Shown here: positions 38,999 through 48,921 of the stretch, in pieces
How the letters are laid out: each line of letters starts with the position of its first letter
Position numbering within the stretch: position 1 is the stretch's first letter
From: an uncultured cyanobacterium
GTDB lineage: Bacteria; Cyanobacteriota; Cyanobacteriia; CAKZMO01
Direction of reading: 5' to 3'
Length of the DNA stretch: 64,000 nt
Assembly: GCA_963719515.1 (NCBI GenBank)
Contig: CAVRCJ010000010.1
Coordinates: 64,001 to 128,000, forward strand
Translations under genes and position numbers: made by a program
Notes under the pieces: generated by a model
Told to the model about the DNA's origin: nothing
Seen by the model: only the letters and a program-made list of their open reading frames with translations
Database searches by the model: none

Positions 38999-39437
38999 GA
39001 AGGTTGGGGCTCAGTTGAGCGAGACATTCCCCTTCAAAGGGTAGCAAGGATAGTGAGAGTTCAGCGGGCTCTGGGCTGACTGCTCTGGGCGACCTGCGCT
39101 CTACTTCTGGGCGTAGCGATCGCTCAGCTGCAGCAGTGTCGGGAATGATAGCGGTCTGGTAGATGGCTGCGAGGAGTCAGAGAGGATCAATCAGGGCAAG
39201 ATTTGGAGGGCGGAGGTATCGCTAACGCCAATTGCGGCTAGCCCCGCTCTCATAGAGGGTAATTCGCATGGGTAGGGACTTTCAGAACGCTAAACACAGA
39301 CCCAGCCCTCATCGCCCGCTGCCCCATTCCCCACCAGCGCTCGGCCATTCGCGGATCGCGCCTGCTTCGCTTATCTCAATCCGCCTTAAAATATCGGTAA
39401 TGCCCCTGGCCCTGTCCGCATCGCCCACCCGCACCCT

Positions 39438-42404
39438 ATGCCCTTCTTGATCAATCTCCTGATCCTAATTGCGGTCAGCATTTTGCTGGGCGGCCTCCCC
39501 CTCACCGGCTGGATTGTCGCTTGGCTGACGGGCCAAAAGCTAGCGCAAATCGGCACCAGAAACGTCAGCGTCTCCGCCGCTTTCTATCACGGCGGTAACG
39601 TCGTAGGCGTCTTAGCGGTGCTCGCTGAGGCAGCCAAAGGAATCGGGGCCGTGCTGCTGGCGCGATCGCTCTTTCCCCAAGAACCTGCCCTAGAGATCTT
39701 TGCCCTCATCATGCTGGTGGTAGGGCGCTACTGGATGGCCCGCGGGGCCGGGGTCACCAACGTCGTTTGGGGCTACTTCGTCCACGACTGGCGCGTGGCT
39801 TTCTTTGTTGGGCTAGTGGGGGGCATCAGCTTCACCATTTTCAGAGAGCAGCAGCGCGGACGACTCGTGGTGCTGTGCCTCTTGCCCCTAATTACCATTG
39901 CGCTGCACCCCACCGACGGACTGCGCGGTCTCATGGCGATGACCCTCAGCACGCTGATTGGCTTTATCTACTCCCGCATCCCCAGCGACCTAGACCTTTC
40001 CCCCCAAGACGCCTCGGATAGCTCCCGCCAAATGTTTACCTTTTTTCGAGGCGATCGCGCCCTAATCAGCCTAGAGTCTCTCCTGTCTGCCGACAAGGTG
40101 GGCAGCAAAGCCGCTACCCTCTCCCAGCTTAAACAGTGGAACTACGCCGTGCTGCCGGGGTGGGTGCTGCCCCCGGGAGACGACCCCGAACCCCTAGTCG
40201 AGCGCCTAGACCCAACGCCCGAGGCCCCGGTCATCGTACGCTCTTCCGCCAGGGGCGAAGACAGCGCCACCGCCACGGCTGCTGGCCAATACGACTCTAT
40301 CCCCAACGTCACCAGCCGCGCCGAGCTGCGAGACGCCATCCTGCGCTGCCAAGCCTCCTACAGCCGTCCCGCTGCGAGTCAATATCGCTCTCAGCGAGAT
40401 GGCGGAGCCGGAGCGTCTTCCGAGGGGGGCATGGCGGTGCTGGTGCAGCCCCAAATCAGCGGCGTCTTCTCGGGGGTGGCCTTTAGCCGCGACCCCATTG
40501 CCCGGCAGGGGGACGCGGTGGTAGTAGAAGCGCTGCCGGGGGATGCCGCCCCCGTAGTCTCGGGCAGAGTCACCCCCGAAACCTACCGGGTTTTGGTCAG
40601 CGACAGCGTTACTAACGTCGTTGACGATACGGGGCAGCCCATCCCTACCGAAATCAGCTTTCCCGTCGAGGGCAGCGGCGACGTGCCGCACCACATCATT
40701 CAGCAGGTGGCCGGCCTAGCCCGCCAAATCGAGCAGCGCTACCACGGCGTTCCCCAGGATATTGAATGGAGCTACGACGGCCAGCGGCTGTGGATTTTGC
40801 AGGCGCGCCCCATCACAACGCTGCTGCCCATCTGGACGCGCAAAATTGCGGCGGAGGTGATTCCGGGCACCATTCGCCCCCTCACCTGGTCTATCAACCA
40901 GCCTTTGACCTGCGGCGTCTGGGGAGATCTGTTTAGCCTCGTGCTGGGCGATCGCACCCGAGACTTAGACTTTATGCAGACCGCCACCCTGCACCACTCC
41001 GCCGCCTACTTCAACGCCTCCCTGCTGGGGGAAATCTTCAGACGTATGGGGCTGCCCGCCCAAAGCCTAGAGTGGCTCACCCAGGGCGCGCCCTTCACCA
41101 AGCCGCCCCTGCGGGCAACGCTGCGGGCTTTGCCGGGGCTGCTGCGGCTGCTGGGGCGCGAGTGGCTGCTCAAGGAAGACTTTGACCAAGAGTACCAGGA
41201 GCGGTTTGCGCCCCAGATGCAGGCCCTGCAGGAGCGGCCCGCTGACCAATGCTCAGACCTAGAGCTTTTAGAGCGCATCAACGCAATTTTAGCCACCCTG
41301 CAGCGGGTGACCTACTACAACATTTTGGCCCCTCTAGGCGCAGCCCTGCGGCAGTCCGTGATGCGGGTCAGCGACGACGAGCTGAACCAGGGCGCTGTCC
41401 CGGAGATTGCGGCCCTGCGATCGCTGCAGCGGATTGCTACCGACTGCCGCCACCTCTTGCCCAAGCTAGACGCCGACCACTGCTCTACCCCGGCGGTGTT
41501 TGCCACCATTGCTGAAGACGTCAGCGGCAGCGCCATTTTGCATCAGCTCGACCAGTTTATGGACCAGTACGGCTATTTGAGCGAGGTGGCGACCGACATC
41601 GCCGTGCCGCGCTGGGCTGACGACCCTCGCCCGGTGCGGGATCTGTTTGCTCGCTTCGTGTGCACCCCCCCGGAAGCGGCGGACGACAGCCCTGAGTCTA
41701 AGGCCTTGTCTAAGCACCTATCTCAGCCCTCTTGGCGATCGCGGCGGGTCCAGTCTCGGGTCGACGTAAAGGCCCAGGTGGCCGAGCTGTACAACCGGCT
41801 TTTGGCCGAGCTGCGCTGGAGCGTTGTGGCGCTAGAGGGCCACGGGCTAGAGCGGGACATGCTTCAGCAACCGGGAGACGCCTTCTTTCTAACGCTGGAT
41901 GAACTCAAGCAGCTAGTGACCCAACCTGACGCCCCCAGCGTCCCTCAGCTCGTGGCCCAAATCGAGGTGCGGCGATCGCAGTGGCAAAAGGACCAGGCCA
42001 ACACCAACCCCGCGCAGCTGGTCTACGGCGCTGACCCACCGGAGCCAAATTCGGTTACCCTAGTCAAATGGTCCGAGCCCGGACTCAGAACCCTCAGCGG
42101 CATTGGCGCTAGTCCAGGCCAAGCGGTGGGGCGAGTGCAGGTGCTTACTACGCTGGCGTCCCCTCTCCAGATCGACAAAGATACTATTCTGGTGGTTCCT
42201 TATACCGATGCCGGTTGGGCGCCTATCCTGGCTCAGGCGGGTGGCATTGTGGCCCAGGCGGGAGGGCGGCTTTCCCACGGCGCTATCATTGCCCGCGAGT
42301 ATCGAATTCCGGCGGTGATGAATGTCCCCAACGCCATGGAGCGGCTCAAGGATGGGCAGCGGGTTCAAATCGACGGACAGCAGGGAACAGTGTTAATCGT
42401 TTAG
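39438..42404 (+). CDS. PlsY-like membrane domain fused to a PEP-synthase/rifampin-phosphotransferase-like dikinase
   Basis: N-terminal hydrophobic domain with EAAKG; GSKAATL, VRSSARGED, QDIEW, LQARPIT; C-terminal His swivel domain TDAGW...GGRLSHGAIIAREY. Confidence 0.85.
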   Translation: MPFLINLLILIAVSILLGGLPLTGWIVAWLTGQKLAQIGTRNVSVSAAFYHGGNVVGVLAVLAEAAKGIGAVLLARSLFPQEPALEIFALIMLVVGRYWMARGAGVTNVVWGYFVHDWRVAFFVGLVGGISFTIFREQQRGRLVVLCLLPLITIALHPTDGLRGLMAMTLSTLIGFIYSRIPSDLDLSPQDASDSSRQMFTFFRGDRALISLESLLSADKVGSKAATLSQLKQWNYAVLPGWVLPPGDDPEPLVERLDPTPEAPVIVRSSARGEDSATATAAGQYDSIPNVTSRAELRDAILRCQASYSRPAASQYRSQRDGGAGASSEGGMAVLVQPQISGVFSGVAFSRDPIARQGDAVVVEALPGDAAPVVSGRVTPETYRVLVSDSVTNVVDDTGQPIPTEISFPVEGSGDVPHHIIQQVAGLARQIEQRYHGVPQDIEWSYDGQRLWILQARPITTLLPIWTRKIAAEVIPGTIRPLTWSINQPLTCGVWGDLFSLVLGDRTRDLDFMQTATLHHSAAYFNASLLGEIFRRMGLPAQSLEWLTQGAPFTKPPLRATLRALPGLLRLLGREWLLKEDFDQEYQERFAPQMQALQERPADQCSDLELLERINAILATLQRVTYYNILAPLGAALRQSVMRVSDDELNQGAVPEIAALRSLQRIATDCRHLLPKLDADHCSTPAVFATIAEDVSGSAILHQLDQFMDQYGYLSEVATDIAVPRWADDPRPVRDLFARFVCTPPEAADDSPESKALSKHLSQPSWRSRRVQSRVDVKAQVAELYNRLLAELRWSVVALEGHGLERDMLQQPGDAFFLTLDELKQLVTQPDAPSVPQLVAQIEVRRSQWQKDQANTNPAQLVYGADPPEPNSVTLVKWSEPGLRTLSGIGASPGQAVGRVQVLTTLASPLQIDKDTILVVPYTDAGWAPILAQAGGIVAQAGGRLSHGAIIAREYRIPAVMNVPNAMERLKDGQRVQIDGQQGTVLIV

Positions 42405-42410
42405 CTACTA

Positions 42411-42796
42411 GACAGGAAGCCCCGCGCTCTACCCGTCAGGGTGAGCGTCGGGATGAGAGTCGCGCTAGCCGAAGTGCGCCCGCAAAATGATGCACAGCGG
42501 ATAGTGCGCTCAGCGCTGAGGCTAGCAGTTGGTATGATAGAGATAGCAAGGTGATACACCCCGCAAAGAGTGTGACGGGCCCGTAGGCGAAAGCTGCAAG
42601 TCACCCGTTCCTCAGTTTGCAAATGTATCTGCGACACATAGTGCGTATCCTCCCTCGCGGAGATGAAAATTCAAAACTCTGCCGTGGGGCATCAGGCGGA
42701 GTATAAACCTATCTCAGGATATGTCTCGGCAATAGCTGGGAGTCACTGAGGAAGCCCGCGCTGTACAGCTTGCTGTCAGCGTCGGGAGGATGTCAC
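42411..42796 (+). mobile_element. Non-autonomous IS200/IS605-family element with left-end and right-end hairpins; no tnpA or tnpB
   Basis: Left end GAAGC-CCCG CGCTC T ACCC GTCA GGGT GAGCG T CGGG (42421-42452); right end GAAG-CCCG CGCTG T ACAGC TT GCTGT CAGCG T CGGG-AGGATGTCAC (42755-42796). Same-orientation imperfect palindromes with compensatory changes. Confidence 0.75.
42530..42538 (+). promoter_or_regulatory. Extended -10 promoter (TGnTATGAT) inside the IS200/IS605-derived element
   Basis: TGGTATGAT; predicted transcription start ~42545. Confidence 0.5.
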
Positions 42797-42815
42797 TTAT
42801 ACCGGTTTAATTGCG
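42545..42815 (+). ncRNA. Putative omegaRNA-like (TnpB guide scaffold) transcript with a flank-derived guide
   Basis: GNRA-capped hairpins, right-end hairpin and TCAC end, followed by flank TTATACCGGTTTAATTGCG; identity inferred from IS200/IS605 biology. Confidence 0.45.
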
Positions 42816-42818
42816 ACT

Positions 42819-43454
42819 GTGATTATTTTTGATTTTGATGGAACAATTGCAGATTCTTTAGGGGCGCTGGTCACGGCGTCCAATCGTTTAGCGCGCGAAT
42901 TTAACTACGCTGAGATCAGCTATACCCAGGTCAAACATCTGCAGACCCTCAGCTCTCGGGAGATTATTCAGCAGTCTAAGATATCGGTGTTCAAGGTTCC
43001 TTTCTTAATGAAGCGTCTGCGGACGGAGATGGGCCAGGAGATGAAAACCGTAAAGCCCATAGACGGGATTGAATCAGCGCTGGCCCAGCTGAAAGAGCTG
43101 GGATATTCTTTGGGAATCGTCACCTCTAACTCCACCGAAAACGTCGACGAATTTCTTTACCACAACCACCTGACAGACACCTTTGACTTCACCCATTCAG
43201 CGGCGACTCTATTTGGAAAGCACCGGATCCTTAGGCGCTTAATTCGCGATCGCCAGCTCGACTTAAAGTCGACAATTTATGTGGGAGACGAAACGCGAGA
43301 CATCGTCTCGGCCAAGCGCATCCCCATCAGCGTCGTCGCTGTAAGCTGGGGCTACAACGCCAAAGAGATCTTGCAGCAGCACCAGCCCGACTACCTGGCC
43401 CATCACCCCAATGAACTCGCGGCGGCGGTGCATCAGCTTGACCCACGAAGCTAG
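42819..43454 (+). CDS. HAD-superfamily hydrolase (phosphoglycolate phosphatase-like)
   Basis: IIFDFDGTIADS, IVTSN, YVGDETRDI, VSWG. Confidence 0.92.
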   Translation: MIIFDFDGTIADSLGALVTASNRLAREFNYAEISYTQVKHLQTLSSREIIQQSKISVFKVPFLMKRLRTEMGQEMKTVKPIDGIESALAQLKELGYSLGIVTSNSTENVDEFLYHNHLTDTFDFTHSAATLFGKHRILRRLIRDRQLDLKSTIYVGDETRDIVSAKRIPISVVAVSWGYNAKEILQQHQPDYLAHHPNELAAAVHQLDPRS

Positions 43455-45906
43455 GGGCGCGGGCGCGGTCGACCTACAGTCCGTCCTCGACTGGTTCAAC
43501 CGCCAAGGCTGGCAGCCTCTTACCTTTCAGCAGCAGACTTGGCAGGCTTATCTGGCGGGGCGCAGCGGGCTGATTCAGGTGCCCACAGGGTCCGGAAAAA
43601 CCTACGGAGCCGTTATGGGGCCTATTGCCCGCATGCTGGGCGACCCCGGTGGCGGCCTCCGGCTGCTCTACATCACGCCGCTGCGATCGCTCTCCCGCGA
43701 CATCGAGCAGTCTATTCTGCTGCCCATTGAGGCGATGGGCTGGCCGCTGACCGTACAGTCCCGCACGGGAGACACCTCTTCTGCCCGCAAGGCAAGGCAG
43801 CTCAAGGCCATGCCCCACATTTTGATCACCACTCCAGAATCCCTGACGGTGATGCTCTCTTACAAAGCCGTCCGGAACTGCTTCGCTGCCCTAGAGACCG
43901 TGGTGCTGGACGAATGGCACGAGCTGCTGAGCAGCAAGCGAGGCACCCAGCTGGAGCTGTGCTTGTCCTATCTGCGCGCCCTGCGGCCCCAGCTGCAAAC
44001 CTGGGCCATCTCCGCTACCCTGGGCAATCTGGAAGAAGCGGCCCAAACTGCCGTGGGCTTGGGCACCGATCCGGTTATCGTGCAGTCGAATCTACGGCGA
44101 GAAACCATCATCCGCAGCGTGCTGCCCGCCAGCGTCGACGCCTTTCCCTGGGCGGGGCATCTGGGCCTGCGGCTGTTTCAAGAGCTGGTGGACGCCCTCG
44201 ATATTGCCGCCTCAACGCTGATTTTCACCAACACCCGCTCCCAGGCGGAGCGCTGGTATCAGGCCCTGCAGTACGCTATGCCGGAGCACGGCGATCGCAT
44301 TGCTCTGCACCACGGCTCGGTGGATGCCAAAGCGCGCTCGGCGATTGAGGCGGGGTTGAAAACCGGGGACATTAAGTGGGTGGTCTGCACCTCGTCTTTA
44401 GACTTGGGGGTAGACTTCCAGCCCGTGGAGCGGGTGGTGCAGGTGGGCAGCGCTAAAAACCTGGCGCGGCTGCTGCAGCGGGCAGGGCGCTCGGCCCACG
44501 TCCCGGAGGGAACGTCTGAGCTGGTGTTTTTGCCCACCAATGCGCTGGAGCTAGTGGAAATCTCGGCCTTTCGGCGGGGGCTGGCGGCGGGGGCGATAGA
44601 GTCTCGCCGTCCTCTGCGCTGTCCCTACGACGTGCTGATTCAGCATTTAGTGACCCTGGCCTGCGGGGAGGGATTTGAGGCGCAGGCGACGCTGGCGCAG
44701 GTGAGGCGAACGGCGGCGTTTGAGTCACTCACGGACGAGGAGTTTGACTGGATCCTCACCTTTATTGAGCAGGGGGGCAAATGCCTCAGCGCCTATCCCC
44801 ACTACCGCAAAGTGGTTCGAGAGGCCGATGAGCTTTCGGCAGCGGGTCATCGCTACCGCATCGCCGACGCCAAGCTGGCCCGCATGCACCGCCTCAGCAT
44901 CGGCACCATCACCTCTAATTCCCTGGTGCGCATCGCCTACACCAACCGCAAGCCCATCGGCACCGTAGAGGAGAACTTCATCTCCCGCCTCAAGCCGGGG
45001 GACGTGTTCTTTTTTGCGGGGCGGCAGCTGGAGTTTTGGCGCATGCGGGATATGGTGGTCTACGTGCGCAACACCCGCAAAAAGTCCACCGTCACCCCCA
45101 CCTGGCGGGGCAGCACTCTCGCCTTTTCCGATACCCTCAGCACCTACCTGCGTCAGGAGCTAGATGCGGCTCGCGACAGCCCATTGGCGAACGAAGAGCT
45201 AGAGTGCGTTTCCCCCATCTTAGAAACCCAGGCCTACCTCTCCCACCTGCCCGCCAAAAGCGAGCTGCTGATCGAAACCTGCAAAACTCGGGAAGGGCAG
45301 CACCTGTACGTGTTCCCCTTGGAGGGGCGAGCGGTGCATGAGGGGCTGGGCTTTTTGTGGGGCTACCGCTTTGCCCAGCAGCAGCGGGCCACCTTTACGA
45401 TTTCTGTTAACGACTACGGCTTTGAGATTTTGGCTCCCAAGGGCTACCCGTTTCAGGAGCTGTTTAGCGAAGATTTCTTTGACCGCAGCACCCTAGAAGC
45501 CGACATCAAGGCCTCCCTGAATATCTCAGAGCTGACCCAGCGGCGCTTTCGCGGCATTGCCCAGGTGGCGGGGCTGGTGTTTAAGGGCTACCCCTCTTCT
45601 CGCAAAACGGCCAGCCAGCTGCAGGTGAGTTCCTCCCTGCTGCATGAGGTATTTTGCAAGTATGAGCCGGACAATCTCCTGCTGCGGCAGGCGGAGCAGG
45701 AGGTATTGCAGCAGCAGCTTGACGGCGATCGCCTGGCTCAGACCCTAGAGCGCCTGCAGGGGTTTACGGTGGTGTGGCAGCAGACCCGCCGCCCGTCGCC
45801 GCTGGCTTTTCCGCTGCTGGTGGAGCGCCTCAGTTCGAAGTTGTCGAATGAGAGCCTGATGCAGCGCATTGAGCGAATGAAGCAGCAGTGGGACAAATCG
45901 CGGTAG
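43411..45906 (+). CDS. Ligase-associated DNA damage response DEXH helicase (Lhr-like); start uncertain
   Basis: PTGSGKT, YITPLRSL, TTPES, DEWH, SAT, HHGS, TSSLDLGVD, QRAGRS, F..IAQVAGL. Confidence 0.92.
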   Translation: MNSRRRCISLTHEARGAGAVDLQSVLDWFNRQGWQPLTFQQQTWQAYLAGRSGLIQVPTGSGKTYGAVMGPIARMLGDPGGGLRLLYITPLRSLSRDIEQSILLPIEAMGWPLTVQSRTGDTSSARKARQLKAMPHILITTPESLTVMLSYKAVRNCFAALETVVLDEWHELLSSKRGTQLELCLSYLRALRPQLQTWAISATLGNLEEAAQTAVGLGTDPVIVQSNLRRETIIRSVLPASVDAFPWAGHLGLRLFQELVDALDIAASTLIFTNTRSQAERWYQALQYAMPEHGDRIALHHGSVDAKARSAIEAGLKTGDIKWVVCTSSLDLGVDFQPVERVVQVGSAKNLARLLQRAGRSAHVPEGTSELVFLPTNALELVEISAFRRGLAAGAIESRRPLRCPYDVLIQHLVTLACGEGFEAQATLAQVRRTAAFESLTDEEFDWILTFIEQGGKCLSAYPHYRKVVREADELSAAGHRYRIADAKLARMHRLSIGTITSNSLVRIAYTNRKPIGTVEENFISRLKPGDVFFFAGRQLEFWRMRDMVVYVRNTRKKSTVTPTWRGSTLAFSDTLSTYLRQELDAARDSPLANEELECVSPILETQAYLSHLPAKSELLIETCKTREGQHLYVFPLEGRAVHEGLGFLWGYRFAQQQRATFTISVNDYGFEILAPKGYPFQELFSEDFFDRSTLEADIKASLNISELTQRRFRGIAQVAGLVFKGYPSSRKTASQLQVSSSLLHEVFCKYEPDNLLLRQAEQEVLQQQLDGDRLAQTLERLQGFTVVWQQTRRPSPLAFPLLVERLSSKLSNESLMQRIERMKQQWDKSR

Positions 45907-46043
45907 AACAAATCGCGGTAGGACAAGTCGGCCTGGGCCTTTGCCCTTCTCAGCCATAGGCTCTACAGAGCAGAGGAATACAACCCGCCCACGTCAAGCC
46001 CGCTGACCCGAGCGCCGGTACCACCCGACGGCATGCCGTGGCG

Positions 46044-46148
46044 CTACTCTTCGCTGCCCTGGAGGCGCAGCAGCAAGAAGCCCAGGGCTAGCCCCACCAA
46101 AATGAGGGTGGAGGACAAAATAGCGGCGTTAAAAATTTCACTGTTCAT
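46044..46148 (-). CDS. petM: Cytochrome b6f complex subunit VII
   Basis: MNSEIFNAAILSSTLILVGLALGFLLLRLQGSEE (34 aa). Confidence 0.93.
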   Translation of the reverse strand: MNSEIFNAAILSSTLILVGLALGFLLLRLQGSEE

Positions 46149-46227
46149 GGCGTTCAATAAAGCGTTTCTACATCCGTCTGCATACCGTATTCTAGAGCAG
46201 TTCGTGACACATTGAATTGGATTCACT

Positions 46228-47307
46228 ATGGAGCCCTCCCCTTCGCCTCAGCTCGCCGTTCCTTTGGGCGACCCCGCCGGGATAGGCACTGAAGTTGTGC
46301 TGAAAGCCCTCGCCGACCCCGAAATTCAGCCGCTGCTGCCCCACATCACCTTGGTGGGCGATCGCCGCCTGCTGCACCGCACCTACGAGCAGCTCTGCGA
46401 CACCCTGCGCTCAGCCGGGCGATCGCCCGATCTGATTGCCCCGACGGCCCTAGCCGTACTGGACGTGGATATCGCGCCTCAGCTGACCGCAGACATTACC
46501 CTAGGTCAGGGCAACGCCGCCAGCGGTGAGGCCAGCTTTCAGTTTTTGCAGGCGGCGCTGGACGAGACGATCGTAGGGCGATTTCAGGGGGTGGTGACGG
46601 CCCCCATCGCCAAGTCAGCCTGGGCGGCGGCGGGGCATTTGTATCCGGGACAAACTGAGCTGCTCGCTGAGCGAGGCGGCAGCAGCCGGGTGGGGATGAT
46701 GTTCGTGGCGCGATCGCCCCACACCGGCTGGACGTTGCGCGCCCTGTTGGCCACCACCCACATTCCCCTACGACAGGTTTCTAGCGCTCTGACGCCCGAA
46801 CTGCTGCTTGGAAAACTGGCGCTCTTTATCCAGTCCCTGCAGCAGGACTTTGGCATTGACCAGCCGCGCATTGCCCTAGCCGGGCTGAATCCTCACAGCG
46901 GCGAGGCGGGGCAGCTGGGCCGAGAAGAGCAAGACTGGATTACGCCTTGGATTCAAACCGCCAACGACAGCTTGCCGGGGGTGCAGCTTCAAGGGCCGGT
47001 GCCTCCCGATACGATGTGGGTGAGCCCCGGACAGGCCTGGTACGGCATCGGTGACCCCGCTCCCCACGACGGCTACATCGCTCTATACCACGACCAGGGG
47101 CTAATTCCTGTCAAGCTGATGGCCTTTGACCGGGCCGTGAACACCACCATCGGCCTGCCCTTTGTGCGCACGTCCCCCGACCACGGCACCGCGTTCGACA
47201 TCGCGGGGCAGGGGGTTGCCGACGCCACGAGCTTTAAGGCGGCGCTGCAGCTCGCCGTGGAGCTAGCCCACCGACGCTCAGGGCTGCCTCAGGCAGTTGT
47301 GCAGTAA
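46228..47307 (+). CDS. pdxA: 4-hydroxythreonine-4-phosphate dehydrogenase
   Basis: [45 protein letters not shown]. Confidence 0.96.
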   Translation: MEPSPSPQLAVPLGDPAGIGTEVVLKALADPEIQPLLPHITLVGDRRLLHRTYEQLCDTLRSAGRSPDLIAPTALAVLDVDIAPQLTADITLGQGNAASGEASFQFLQAALDETIVGRFQGVVTAPIAKSAWAAAGHLYPGQTELLAERGGSSRVGMMFVARSPHTGWTLRALLATTHIPLRQVSSALTPELLLGKLALFIQSLQQDFGIDQPRIALAGLNPHSGEAGQLGREEQDWITPWIQTANDSLPGVQLQGPVPPDTMWVSPGQAWYGIGDPAPHDGYIALYHDQGLIPVKLMAFDRAVNTTIGLPFVRTSPDHGTAFDIAGQGVADATSFKAALQLAVELAHRRSGLPQAVVQ

Positions 47308-47367
47308 TCGATTTATCTTTGGTTAATGCCGCCTTGAGTAAATTTTGCTTCCCGAAACCGTCTCCCT

Positions 47368-48795
47368 ATGCAAGCCCCACCTCACAATTCTGCGCCCCAG
47401 GACTCTGCGCCACCGTTAAGCGTCTGGACCAAACTGGCCTACGGGGCCGGGGGCATTGGCAGCTCTGCCACCGGCAGCATGCTGGTGTTCTTCTTTCTAT
47501 TTTTCCTGACTGACGTTGCCGGACTGTCGGCGGCATTGGCGGGCAGCGTCCTGATGCTGGGGCAAGTCAGCGACGCCATCAGCGACCCGCTAGTGGGGCT
47601 GCTGAGCGATCGCACCCAGTCCCGCTGGGGCCGCCGCTACCCCTGGATGGTGCTAGGCGTTGTTCCCTTCGGACTGGCGTTTGCGCTGCTGTGGTTCATT
47701 CCCACTGCCAATCCCTGGGTCATGTTTGCCTATTACAGCATCGTTGGTATCGTCTATAAAACGGCGCTCACGGCGGTGTATCTGCCCTATGTTTCTCTCA
47801 CCCCCGATTTGGCGCAAGACTACAATGAGCGCACAAGGCTCAACAGCTTTCGCTTTGCCTTTTCTATTGGCAGCAGTATTCTTGCGCTCGGGCTGGGGGC
47901 GCTGTTGTTTGGCGCGATTGACGATGTGGCGGCTCGATATCGGGCTCTGGGGGTCGTTGGCGGGGCGCTGTGCATCGTCGCGCCGCTGCTGTGCATTTGG
48001 GGCACCTACCCCCGCGCAATGGCGGCAGAGCGGCAGCGCCAAAAGCGGGCCGTCCCTCCCCGAATGCCGATGCTCAAGCAGCTGAGGGTGGTGTTCTCTA
48101 ACCGCCCCTTTTTGCTCGTGATGGTTATCTATCTTTGCTCTTGGCTCGCCGCCCAGCTGACGGCGGTTGTAATGCAGTATTTCGTGGTCAGCTGGATGCA
48201 GCTTCCCGCTAGTCGGTTCACTCAGTTTGCGATCTTGGTCCAGGGGACGGCGCTGCTGATGCTGTTTGTGTGGAGTTGGGTGAGCCAGCGCATGGGGAAG
48301 CGGTTTGTTTACTTTATGGGCAGCGGGCTGTGGGTGGTGGCTCAGTTTGGCTTTTTCTTTTTGCAGCCAGGACAGGTGGGGCTGCTGCTCGTGCTTGGGG
48401 TGATGGCGGGCTTCGGCGTCTCGACCGCCTACCTGGTGCCCTGGTCAATGCTGCCGGATGTGATTGAGCTAGATGAGCTAAACACAGGCCACAGACGAGA
48501 GGGAACCTTCTACGCCTTTATGGTCATGCTTCAAAAGGTGGGGCTGGCGGCGGGGCTATTTGTTGTGGGGCAAGCGCTAGAGTGGGCAGGCTACCTAGAG
48601 ACGGTCGCCGGAGAGCCGAGCGCGGTACAGCCCCAGGCGGCGCTGCTGGTCATTCGGCTGGCCATCGGGCCGGTGTCGGCGCTGATTCTTTGCGTAGGGC
48701 TGGTGGCGGCCTATCTCTATCCCATCACTCAAGAGGTCCATGCTGAAATTGTGCTGAAGCTGCGATCGCAGCGAAATCAGCTGAACAACGGCTAG
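47368..48795 (+). CDS. MFS transporter, GPH (MelB-like) family
   Basis: KLAYGAG, DAISDPLVG.LSDRT.SRWGRR.PW, YNERTRLNSFR, WSMLPDVIE, RREG. Confidence 0.9.
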   Translation: MQAPPHNSAPQDSAPPLSVWTKLAYGAGGIGSSATGSMLVFFFLFFLTDVAGLSAALAGSVLMLGQVSDAISDPLVGLLSDRTQSRWGRRYPWMVLGVVPFGLAFALLWFIPTANPWVMFAYYSIVGIVYKTALTAVYLPYVSLTPDLAQDYNERTRLNSFRFAFSIGSSILALGLGALLFGAIDDVAARYRALGVVGGALCIVAPLLCIWGTYPRAMAAERQRQKRAVPPRMPMLKQLRVVFSNRPFLLVMVIYLCSWLAAQLTAVVMQYFVVSWMQLPASRFTQFAILVQGTALLMLFVWSWVSQRMGKRFVYFMGSGLWVVAQFGFFFLQPGQVGLLLVLGVMAGFGVSTAYLVPWSMLPDVIELDELNTGHRREGTFYAFMVMLQKVGLAAGLFVVGQALEWAGYLETVAGEPSAVQPQAALLVIRLAIGPVSALILCVGLVAAYLYPITQEVHAEIVLKLRSQRNQLNNG

Positions 48796-48921
48796 GGCCT
48801 ATCGCATCAGGGGCCGAAAATGCCCCGCGCCAGTCCGTTTGACCTGCAACAACGGCCACAGAAAATCTGGGCTGCTGCCGATAAGCTAGCGGGAATGTGC
48901 AGAGATAGAGGACTTAGAAAA

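Noticed and set aside
42545..42700. Known riboswitch, hammerhead ribozyme or tRNA
   Set aside because: No core consensus recognised and no cloverleaf; kept only as an unassigned structured RNA
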